32,000 nt of DNA from Corynebacterium amycolatum (GTDB lineage: Bacteria > Actinomycetota > Actinomycetes > Mycobacteriales > Mycobacteriaceae): NCBI RefSeq assembly GCF_049243625.1, contig NZ_CP046975.1, one strand, 5' to 3'. The notes below the pieces were generated by a model. It was given only the letters and a program-made list of their open reading frames with translations. It searched no databases and was not told the DNA's origin. The translations under genes were made by a program, and so were the position numbers. Below, in pieces: positions 1-7,462 of the stretch. How positions within the stretch are numbered: position 1 is the first letter of the stretch; the number at the start of each line of letters is the position of its first letter.

Positions 1-121
1 CTTCGTTTCGGCCCAGCTTGGGATTTCGTACTCGAAAAACAGTCCCCATATTGCCGGCACCGATGAGAGCTTCAACCTCGTAGCCCTCAAAAATATCGCC
101 TACCTGGGGAAGATTAGTCAT
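1..121 (-). CDS. Ser/Thr protein kinase, N-terminal fragment (gene continues beyond window start)
   Basis: Absent from the ORF track because it is too short. A reverse-strand ATG at 121-119 opens the frame MTNLPQVGDIFEGYEVEALIGAGNMGTVFRVRNPKLGRNE, which stays open to position 1. It contains the Hanks-kinase glycine-rich loop G-x-G-x-x-G-x-V (GAGNMGTV). The ATG overlaps the TGA of the upstream gene (ATGA at 121-118). Confidence 0.6.
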   Translation of the reverse strand, partial: MTNLPQVGDIFEGYEVEALIGAGNMGTVFRVRNPKLGRNE

Positions 122-711
122 CGGTTCCGTTGCCCAGACCCATCGAGATTACCCACCATAATCTGAATCCCAGACTCAGAGCGGCAATCATAATTAGGCG
201 AAACTTCTTGGCATTCCATCGTCAGTGGCTGACCGTCATACTCAATCTCGATTGTCGTCTGCTTTGGCAGTGTTCCTTGCTCTTGCCGCTGTTTACTGAG
301 CGCCCGCACTACCTCGTAATATGCTTCACAGTCCATATCGGAGCCCTGGTTTGACCAGGCACTCTGCAGCATCGGGCACGTCGGATCAACGGTCGACGCT
401 AAGACCTCTGGGTCTACGAACCGATCGTCGGCAGGCGGTGCGATTGTAGTCGAGGTTGGTTCCTGATCATCGCCCACATAGTAGGACGGCGAGACTTCCA
501 CTTCGGTGCTTTCAGTGGTTTCAAACAACCCGTCGGCGTTATCCTGCTGGTTAGAGCGGAAATTTAGGATCCAGACCACCATTGCCAGGATGACGACAAC
601 CAGAATGGCGAGCACGAACAGCAGAATCTTCCGATTTCGACCATCAGTATCGGAATTTGCACCGCTGTCAATGTCATCGACGCCCGGGATTAGAGTGCGA
701 TCGTCGGTCAT
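118..711 (-). CDS. Single-pass membrane-anchored protein with Cys-containing extracytoplasmic domain (no family recognised)
   Basis: 197-aa ORF. The ATG at 711 has AAGGAG 7 nt upstream and overlaps the Hsp70 stop (TGATG). The protein has an acidic N-terminal tail and one hydrophobic helix (ILLFVLAILVVVILAMVVWIL). About 140 aa with four Cys follow. Confidence 0.7.
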   Translation of the reverse strand: MTDDRTLIPGVDDIDSGANSDTDGRNRKILLFVLAILVVVILAMVVWILNFRSNQQDNADGLFETTESTEVEVSPSYYVGDDQEPTSTTIAPPADDRFVDPEVLASTVDPTCPMLQSAWSNQGSDMDCEAYYEVVRALSKQRQEQGTLPKQTTIEIEYDGQPLTMECQEVSPNYDCRSESGIQIMVGNLDGSGQRNR

Positions 712-2330
712 CAGTTATCTCCTTGGCTGACAGAAACCTTCATCATCGTCGTGCGAGCAGCCGAAATCTCTTCCTCATTCATCACACCAATGCGCACGTG
801 GGATTCGATTGAGCGACCCGATGGAACGTGAGTGCCTTCCACGGTAATCATGCCGTCTGCTGCTACAAAGAACTTAACCTGAATTGGCTGACCCTTGGGC
901 AACGGCGGGATACCTGTCAGCATAGATTCCGATCCACTAATGATGTCATTGAGAGCGACATCTTCGGATGGAACGTCACTGGCCTGCTGATACAGCGTCA
1001 AATCTACTTCCTCTTGGCCATCAGCTACGGTCGAATACTCCCGGACCACCGGCTCAGACAGGGGAATCATGTCATTCTGGTTGACCAGATAGTCGATGTA
1101 CGGGTTGTTCAGATGATCGACAACTCGAATGCCAATCGACTTTGGCAATACATTTGCCACCTTCTTCTCCGACAGCGCGGCTAGCTGCCCGGCGTCAATC
1201 CCTGTCTCAGCCGCGATCTGCGCAATTGACTGCTGTTGGACAGCAGGGCTGGACTCAGCATTAACCACTCCCCCGAGCTTGCTGATCATCGCAGCAAGGG
1301 CAGCACCCTTAGCAACGGCTAGATCAGGCTCAACCAACAGTGGCTTCTTACCCGTCAGACGCTCCACCAGTTTGGTTACGGCGGTCATTCGCGAAGATCC
1401 ACCCACCAGGATGACCTCATCAATTGTCAGTCCCGGCTCCTTTTCCTTTGCCGTCTCCAATACACGGGTCAAAGGAATCTCCGTCTGCTCGAGCAATGGC
1501 GCCGTGACACGCTCCAAGTCTTCGCGGGTAACGGCAATCTTGGCGCGGGAACCAGAGTCACTGGCAAGTCGCACAGTGGCGCTTTCCGCATTACTCAGCG
1601 CCTCTTTACAGTTCACCGTCTGCTCATGCAACTTAGCGACGAAGGTCTCATCGTTTTCCGCCTCCTCGTCACCAGTCTGCTCAATGAATTTATCCAGGAT
1701 AAATTCACCAAGCGCCTTATCCCAGTCAGCACCGCCCAGTCGAGCATCACCGTCGGTGGCAATAACCCGGAAGGTGTTGTCAATCCCCTGCACAATCGTG
1801 GCATCGAATGTACCGCCTCCGAGGTCATACACCAGCAAGGTCTTGTCCTTTAGAGGCTGCTTGGAGTCGTAGTAGAGGGCCGCAGCAACCGGTTCTGCTA
1901 CCAGCTCCAACACATTGAAATTAGCAATCTGCCCTGCGTTGCGAGTTGCCTCGCGCTCCTTCGCACCAAAATATGCCGGCACAGTAATAACTGCCGAAAT
2001 CTCGTCGTCAGCTGCTTCGTCTGGAACCAACGAGCGCAAAATCAATGAAGAAATCTCCTCCGGGGTATACGCCTTCCCGCTGAAATTCCATTTCTTATCG
2101 GTGCCGATGCTCCGCTTCACCAGCTCGATGACGTCATTGGGGCTGAAGAGCTTCTCTTCACGTGCCAGCTTTCCGACAACGGTATTGGCCTTCGATTCAA
2201 ACCACACCACACTTGGTGTCGACAGATCTCCGTCGAGGTTTTCTTGAATGACAGGAACACCCAGTGAGTCCACGTAGGAAATTGCGCTATTGGATGTGCC
2301 CAGATCGATGCCGTAAATACGTTCAGCCAT
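711..2330 (-). CDS. Hsp70-family ATPase, DnaK paralog lacking the helical lid
   Basis: 539-aa ORF. The ATG at 2330 has AAGGAG 7 nt upstream. Hsp70 nucleotide-binding motifs are present: GIDLGTSNS, VITVPAYF, EPVAAAL, DLGGGTFD and ILVGGSSRM. An SBD-beta-like region is also present (LPKSIGI, GIPPLPKGQPIQVKFFVAADGMITV). The ORF ends about 40 aa later, so there is no lid. Confidence 0.93.
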   Translation of the reverse strand: MAERIYGIDLGTSNSAISYVDSLGVPVIQENLDGDLSTPSVVWFESKANTVVGKLAREEKLFSPNDVIELVKRSIGTDKKWNFSGKAYTPEEISSLILRSLVPDEAADDEISAVITVPAYFGAKEREATRNAGQIANFNVLELVAEPVAAALYYDSKQPLKDKTLLVYDLGGGTFDATIVQGIDNTFRVIATDGDARLGGADWDKALGEFILDKFIEQTGDEEAENDETFVAKLHEQTVNCKEALSNAESATVRLASDSGSRAKIAVTREDLERVTAPLLEQTEIPLTRVLETAKEKEPGLTIDEVILVGGSSRMTAVTKLVERLTGKKPLLVEPDLAVAKGAALAAMISKLGGVVNAESSPAVQQQSIAQIAAETGIDAGQLAALSEKKVANVLPKSIGIRVVDHLNNPYIDYLVNQNDMIPLSEPVVREYSTVADGQEEVDLTLYQQASDVPSEDVALNDIISGSESMLTGIPPLPKGQPIQVKFFVAADGMITVEGTHVPSGRSIESHVRIGVMNEEEISAARTTMMKVSVSQGDN

Positions 2331-2445
2331 GATTTTTCTCCTTATTCTGAAATCTGTTGGATTCTTGACTTCTTTTGCCGTGTCAGCGCTCTAGTTGTGT
2401 GCTGGCCGGACTCGAGCTGTGCTCTGTTCAGACTCGAGTTTTGGC

Positions 2446-3345
2446 CTAGTTGCCGCTGTGCCGGTACACCGTGACCGGCGCCTTGGCCACCACAATTGGA
2501 CTGGTAGAACTGGTGAAGGTGTAGTAGTGCGAGATTCGTCGTGATGGCGCCAGCGTGCGGTGCAGCGCGGGGTTATCCGAATCCGCGAATTTGGTACGAC
2601 GGTGAATTGAAGAATCAAAGGCATCGCCCACCTTCGCCTCTGTAATTGCCACTCCCATGGACTGAAGCGCATCTGCGATCGAGTCCTGCAGGAAATCCAG
2701 GGTCGAATACAGGTCACTGCCATCAGTTTCGGTAGTTTCTTCGAGCCGCGAAAGGTCAGCGCAAATCCCGTCATGGATGGCCGCCAACTTTTCCGCCAGC
2801 GGCATCAACTGGGCGTACCAACGACGATCAGTCAGCGCTTCCAACTCTTCACTTTGAGAGCGCAATACTGCGTTCATTGTGTCCAGCCGTGTTTGAATCA
2901 AATCCAACTGCTTTACGACGTTCCCGGCCGCAACACCTGCGGTACTTTCAGCATCCGTTTCTGGGAGCTCTTCCACTGTCGCGGGAGGAAAATCCTGCTG
3001 GGCTGGAACTCCTTCCGCGGTGTCTTCATCATGGCCAAACTCGGCACCACCAAATTCAACACCGTCAAATTCGACGTTCTCAACCTTGGACCATGCAGCT
3101 TCGTCGGTGTCTAGTTTTGGATCTCCGGAATACTCGACCGGCTCCTGACCTGTGGTATCACCATTGTCGACCGTGCCCCGGGGGCCGAAGGACTCATCAA
3201 AATTCGGCAGCGGGGCGAAATTATGCGCTCCACCGAAGTCAACCTCCGGATACTTAGGATCTCGTTCCTGATACTCATCAGCACGACCGTCTGAATGTTT
3301 AACCGACCTTTTGTTTTCATCCTTTTTGTTATTAAAGAACCCCAT
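2446..3345 (-). CDS. GrpE-like nucleotide exchange factor with long acidic N-terminal region
   Basis: I prefer the ATG at 3345 (AGGGGAAGG ends 9 nt upstream) over the ORF-track TTG at 3390; this gives 299 aa. The C-terminal half resembles GrpE. It has a long helix (VVKQLDLIQTRLDTMNAVLRSQSEELEALTDR), then GVAITEAKVGDAFDSSIH (compare GrpE G-x-x-x-I-x-x-x-G-x-x-FD-x-x-x-H), and a terminal beta segment PIVVAKAPVTVYR. Confidence 0.8.
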   Translation of the reverse strand: MGFFNNKKDENKRSVKHSDGRADEYQERDPKYPEVDFGGAHNFAPLPNFDESFGPRGTVDNGDTTGQEPVEYSGDPKLDTDEAAWSKVENVEFDGVEFGGAEFGHDEDTAEGVPAQQDFPPATVEELPETDAESTAGVAAGNVVKQLDLIQTRLDTMNAVLRSQSEELEALTDRRWYAQLMPLAEKLAAIHDGICADLSRLEETTETDGSDLYSTLDFLQDSIADALQSMGVAITEAKVGDAFDSSIHRRTKFADSDNPALHRTLAPSRRISHYYTFTSSTSPIVVAKAPVTVYRHSGN

Positions 3346-4633
3346 TTTTATATTCCTTCCCCTTAGCGAATAGATAGGCAATCGACACAAATGTAATGAT
3401 AAATATAGAAAATAGAACCCATCCTAATTCATAGAAATTATCATTTATAACCCCCATGGCAATGAAATATACGATTCCAAAAACAGCAATCCATCGTTTT
3501 GCCACTCGCTTCTTTACCAACGCCCACAAGATACCGACAAAAATAGCCAGCACCGGTACAGCAATAAATCCATTACCCTCCTGCATGAACTGCACTATTA
3601 AACCGAGCACAACAAATGGAGAAAGAAATCGTAATAACTCCTTGGCAATCGCATCCCCTTCACCGGCATGGGGCGTCTTAAAATCCGATTTTCCCCTTCC
3701 GGTATCAGCCTTCAGGACATCGTCAGGATTGACGTTTTGAAGAACGCGATTCTCAATTGTTGAATCGGAACTAGAACAGTAGGCTCCCTCAGCAATTTGC
3801 AATTCTTTACGAAGTCTCATTGGGTCCAGCGACGTTCCGTCGTTAAGCAGACCGAAAGTATGTCGAGTCACTAAATCCGCTGGATCATCGACTGCTTGCA
3901 ACCTTCGAATAAAACCGGTGCGGGTTTCAGCCTCTGGCGAACCGGTACGAAAGTTCGCACCGATGGATTTAGTTGCACTCTTCAGCATGTCGCTATCGAT
4001 TGGCTTGCCGTCAATAAAGCCTTCGGACTGTTCACGAAAACCGCTCGCAATGACGTCTGCAATCGACCGAATGTCGGTATTTGCACTACTGGCCTCATCA
4101 AAGGCCGCCCAGACTCGTTTCTCCGCGTTGTTCGTCGGATCAGTCTCAATTTCCTGGCTATCTTCAACGTCGACGTATTCACGGAGCTCCATGCGGTTAG
4201 ACGTTGGAACCAATATCCGATCGAAGAACTCTTCAAGCCCGTGCTCGGTAATCGCTTTTCCGCTGCCCTTTGCATACGGCTTCAAGAACCCCTCTTTAAC
4301 TGCCTTCATCTGCACATCAGTGAAGAAGTACTGAGGACGCTGTACTCGTTTGAGAACAAGTCGAAAAGAAACACCGAACTTCTTTCGCACTGCGTCGACA
4401 AAATCTTCGGTGTGCAGCTCATCGATAATGTCCAGTGCGCGCTGGGACTGCTTACCGAAGAACAACAGGTCTCGAATTAAACGGACACGCGCTTCCCAAA
4501 AATCCGAGGAAGAGGCATCTCCGCCCATGGGAATGTCAGCAATCAGCTGAGCTAACTTGGCGCCCGTTGGCACTGCGCCTGGTGAAAATAAGTTTTCAGC
4601 TAGGTTGTCTCGAACTGCGGGATTCAGACTCAC
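3332..4633 (-). CDS. Hypothetical protein: ~340-aa cytoplasmic region plus C-terminal 3-4 transmembrane helices (no family recognised)
   Basis: 433-aa ORF. The GTG at 4633 has CAGGAG 5 nt upstream and forms a GTGA overlap with the upstream stop. C-terminal hydrophobic helices are FVVLGLIVQF, FIAVPVLAIFVGILWALV, WIAVFGIVYFIAMGVI and LGWVLFSIFIITFVSIAYLF. The 3' end is very AT-rich. Confidence 0.8.
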   Translation of the reverse strand: MSLNPAVRDNLAENLFSPGAVPTGAKLAQLIADIPMGGDASSSDFWEARVRLIRDLLFFGKQSQRALDIIDELHTEDFVDAVRKKFGVSFRLVLKRVQRPQYFFTDVQMKAVKEGFLKPYAKGSGKAITEHGLEEFFDRILVPTSNRMELREYVDVEDSQEIETDPTNNAEKRVWAAFDEASSANTDIRSIADVIASGFREQSEGFIDGKPIDSDMLKSATKSIGANFRTGSPEAETRTGFIRRLQAVDDPADLVTRHTFGLLNDGTSLDPMRLRKELQIAEGAYCSSSDSTIENRVLQNVNPDDVLKADTGRGKSDFKTPHAGEGDAIAKELLRFLSPFVVLGLIVQFMQEGNGFIAVPVLAIFVGILWALVKKRVAKRWIAVFGIVYFIAMGVINDNFYELGWVLFSIFIITFVSIAYLFAKGKEYKNGVL

Positions 4634-5388
4634 ATCTGCTCCTGAATCTCACTGATGCGAACACGCTGTTCTGGAGATAGGCCTGTCATAAACCGCCTGG
4701 CGGGATCTACTGCGATAAGCCATCCGGGGTCTACATGCTCCGGCAACAGTCGAATCATTGCCCGAGCAGGGCGTCCCGAATCAAGCGCGGAGACAGTTGT
4801 CAGAGTCTCTCCGTTGACGTTGGTGTCCTCTCGTTCTTCAAGCTCATAGGCAGTGCCGTACGTGGAAAGCGCCTGCTTCATCTCTTCAAACGCCGCGGCA
4901 GTGTTGTAGTCGAATGCGGCGCGAGCGTAGATGTATTCCACTAGGACTACGAGAGCGAAAAGGATTAATGCTTCGAGCGAAATAAGGACGCTTTTAGACA
5001 TAAGCGATGCTGCGGTGACTGCCAGCACCGTGATAATGAGGCCGGGAATCCAACTAGTCTGATTTCGCAAGAACCACATCGCAAACCCCATGGCGAATGG
5101 AATCAACATCGCCGTATCTGGATATGGTCCACTATTGATGGATTCCAAAATTCCGCCAATTATGAATCCGGCGATAATGAGTACGACTCGAAACATCCAG
5201 GGTGCCCACCAAACAAAAAATGGCGGAATGATACGACCTTCTTGATCTACACCAACACGGTTTGGAATAATTCCTTGATCCTCCAAATCACCGCGCCAAC
5301 CTTTAGTACGATCTGGAACACCCTTCACAATATCTGTGGTTTTTGAGAAGTAGCTTTTGGCCACATCTTTCAGCTGTTGGAGGTTCAT
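4630..5388 (-). CDS. Hypothetical four-helix integral membrane protein (no family recognised), first gene of the operon
   Basis: 252-aa ORF. The ATG at 5388 has GAGGGAAAG upstream. Four hydrophobic segments lie between residues ~55 and ~165, followed by a hydrophilic C-terminal ~85 aa. Confidence 0.8.
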   Translation of the reverse strand: MNLQQLKDVAKSYFSKTTDIVKGVPDRTKGWRGDLEDQGIIPNRVGVDQEGRIIPPFFVWWAPWMFRVVLIIAGFIIGGILESINSGPYPDTAMLIPFAMGFAMWFLRNQTSWIPGLIITVLAVTAASLMSKSVLISLEALILFALVVLVEYIYARAAFDYNTAAAFEEMKQALSTYGTAYELEEREDTNVNGETLTTVSALDSGRPARAMIRLLPEHVDPGWLIAVDPARRFMTGLSPEQRVRISEIQEQM

Positions 5389-5580
5389 TAAACGGTTCTT
5401 TCCCTCAATCCTTTGTCCAACGATTAATTCGCTGAACCCGACAGGATTTAGTTAAACCTGCACGGGTAGTGAAAGTCACCGGGAGAACTCCCGTACCGCT
5501 TCTGAGGCCTCCGCTATAGCGTCGTCAAGCAGATGAAGAAAACGCTTATTCGGCGCTTAACTCGGAGGTTTTTAACGCCC

Positions 5581-6330
5581 ATGTCATCCCAGTTTCATTC
5601 AAAGCACGTTTTGGCTGCGGCAGCCGCCGCGACTGCCCTGACCCTGATTGGCTGCTCAGGTATGCCCACTAACAACGCTGCCCCGGAGTCCCCCGCAGTG
5701 GTGACAGTTACAGAAACGTCCCCTGCTTCTGATGCACAATCCGAGACCCCTAGCTCGACTGAGAGTTCGACCGAGTCGGAAGATCCAGAACAGGAATATG
5801 CCAACAGTTCGCAGGATAAGAATTCTCCCAACAGCGAACTTTCGGATTCGGACGATGACTCTGGTGTAGTAACGCTGAACAGCTCGATGGAGCTGACCAA
5901 AATTGGCGGCATGGAGCCTGGCAGCGCCAAGCGCCAAAACGTCAAGATTGACGCAACTGCTCACCAAAAAGAATTGGGCGGCTTCGACACTGCTCGGATC
6001 ACGTTTCCTTTCGAGGGGGCCAATAGCCTGTTGACCTATCCCCTGGTTGATGGCGAAGCAAACGTCAGGTTGCTGTGGAATTTCAGCCAGACCGGAGGAA
6101 CTGAAACCTGCGAAAACAAGGTGGAGGTCTACGATGCCGAAGGCAAGCCGACTGCAAGTGCCAGCGCAGGTGTGACTGGACAACATACTCCTTGCCAAAT
6201 CGTTCGCCGGTTTGGGGAGAAGGCCTACGCAACGTTTACAGGACCCGGTGAATACATCGTTGCTGTGACAGCCCAGCAACCGGGATTCGAACCCATCACA
6301 ATTGCACAGAAAGTAAAGGTAGTCGGATAA
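5581..6330 (+). CDS. Putative lipoprotein with Ser/Glu/Thr-rich linker
   Basis: The ORF is open from 5533, but the ATG at 5581 has GGAGG 12 nt upstream. That start gives a typical lipoprotein signal peptide, MSSQFHSKHVLAAAAAATALTLIGC, with lipobox L-I-G-C. A low-complexity S/E/T/D linker follows, then a ~150-aa domain with two Cys. Confidence 0.75.
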   Translation: MSSQFHSKHVLAAAAAATALTLIGCSGMPTNNAAPESPAVVTVTETSPASDAQSETPSSTESSTESEDPEQEYANSSQDKNSPNSELSDSDDDSGVVTLNSSMELTKIGGMEPGSAKRQNVKIDATAHQKELGGFDTARITFPFEGANSLLTYPLVDGEANVRLLWNFSQTGGTETCENKVEVYDAEGKPTASASAGVTGQHTPCQIVRRFGEKAYATFTGPGEYIVAVTAQQPGFEPITIAQKVKVVG

Positions 6331-6332
6331 AA

Positions 6333-7040
6333 ATGAGCACTCACGAACCCATCGATCCGTGGAATAGCAACCAGTCGGGCACTTCCGAGAAAGTGTCGGA
6401 GAGAGCTTTCGGCACTAAGTCCGGAAAGAGTAAGCCATTGACGTTGCCGCTCATCCTTGGCGCAGTCGGAGTGATTGTTGCCGGCGCGGCAGGTTTTGCC
6501 ATGGGCGGTAAGAATGCTGAGTCCGAACTTGCAAGCGCGAATGAAGAGATTTACTCGTTGCAACAGCAGGCAGAGGAGCGGGAAAGCGAGCTGCAAACAA
6601 AGATTGATGAGCTGGAGGACAAGAACTCGAAAACTCATCGCGAGAGCCTCAAGTCCGACCAAGCTGCCGCAGCCGCTTATAACTACAAAAAGGCGCTCGA
6701 CTGGCTGAACGTCTGCGATGCTCGCGACTACATGCCCGCAGAAACAGGGGCGCAACAGACTAGTTGGGGCTCCCTAGGCGTTGGCTGCTCGTACGAGTTC
6801 GAAAATCCCGACGGGGAGATCATCATTCTAGTTAGCGGAGAAAGTAGTGACGACAAGACAGGGAAATTAACCGACGGCTACTTAAAATCAATCATCCACA
6901 ATGATGATTATCTTCGGCTCAATGTGTGGGTCTCTGACTCTGGGCCATGGGCCGACGCAGAGGAAAAGGCCACAGATATTGCCGAAAAGGTCAGTAATGC
7001 CGCTGAGCTCAATAAGAAACCGGACACTGAAGAACAATAA
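6333..7040 (+). CDS. Membrane-anchored coiled-coil protein (hypothetical)
   Basis: 235-aa ORF starting 2 nt after the lipoprotein stop. It has one hydrophobic helix (LTLPLILGAVGVIVAGAAGFAMG) and a charged heptad-like segment (EEIYSLQQQAEERESELQTKIDELEDK). The C-terminal domain has two Cys. Confidence 0.75.
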   Translation: MSTHEPIDPWNSNQSGTSEKVSERAFGTKSGKSKPLTLPLILGAVGVIVAGAAGFAMGGKNAESELASANEEIYSLQQQAEERESELQTKIDELEDKNSKTHRESLKSDQAAAAAYNYKKALDWLNVCDARDYMPAETGAQQTSWGSLGVGCSYEFENPDGEIIILVSGESSDDKTGKLTDGYLKSIIHNDDYLRLNVWVSDSGPWADAEEKATDIAEKVSNAAELNKKPDTEEQ

Positions 7041-7061
7041 ATAGCGTCCCTGCCATAAACG

Positions 7062-7101
7062 CCCATGAACCCCAGCTCACTAGTGAGCTGGGGTTCATGG
7101 G
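7062..7101. terminator. Perfect 19-bp inverted repeat between convergent genes
   Basis: cccatgaaccccagctcac (7062-7080), then ta, then gtgagctggggttcatggg (7083-7101). It starts 22 nt after the stop at 7040. There is no clear T-tract, as is common for actinobacterial terminators. Confidence 0.6.
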
Positions 7102-7148
7102 TTACGTGGGGCCGATAATTCACAAAATCTACGGCGCCGATTAGAAGA

Positions 7149-7421
7149 CTAATTGTTCACACGGTCATCGTCACGATCATCATCCGTGTCATCAACGTCA
7201 TCGCGATCATCGTCCAGCTCCTCAGTCGACGTCACCGTAGTGGTCTGGACTGGAGTCGTATCGGATAGGTTCGCCCTTCGCCACCGAGTCGAGGGCGCAG
7301 CTGGATTAGAACACGTTTCAGGAGCTTTCCCCAAAAGAATCAGCTCCAAACCAGAACCCTCCCCGGCTAAGGTCAGCACCCATTGAGCTGCGAAAGAGAA
7401 CTGATACTTGACCATCTTCAC
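7149..7421 (-). CDS. Possible small protein with poly-acidic C-terminal tail (uncertain)
   Basis: 90-aa ORF. GTG at 7421 (GAGG 8 nt upstream) or ATG at 7415. The C-terminus is ELDDDRDDVDDTDDDRDDDRVNN. No homology recognised, and an equally long antisense ORF exists. Confidence 0.3.
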   Translation of the reverse strand: MKMVKYQFSFAAQWVLTLAGEGSGLELILLGKAPETCSNPAAPSTRWRRANLSDTTPVQTTTVTSTEELDDDRDDVDDTDDDRDDDRVNN

Positions 7422-7462
7422 TGGTCACGCCTCATATCTTCACAACTATTCGTTTCTGATAA

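Noticed and set aside
1129-1872. 247-aa plus-strand ORF inside the Hsp70 gene
   Set aside because: It is an antisense shadow ORF, Ser/Ala-rich. The opposite strand encodes unmistakable Hsp70 motifs.
2391-2774. 127-aa minus-strand ORF
   Set aside because: It is an alternative frame overlapping the GrpE-like C-terminal domain and the downstream intergenic hairpin. It is Arg/Trp-rich with no start context.
3346-3390. TTG start at 3390 for the GrpE-like gene
   Set aside because: It would overlap the upstream gene by 59 nt. The ATG at 3345 has a strong AGGGGAAGG SD and the added residues (CRLPIYSLRGRNIK) look non-coding.
7153-7386. 77-aa plus-strand Ser-rich ORF
   Set aside because: It is a mirror of the Asp-rich minus-strand ORF (GAC/GAT repeats read as GTC/ATC on the other strand). 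It has no SD and poly-Ser composition. Neither strand is strongly supported, and the minus-strand ORF at least has an SD.
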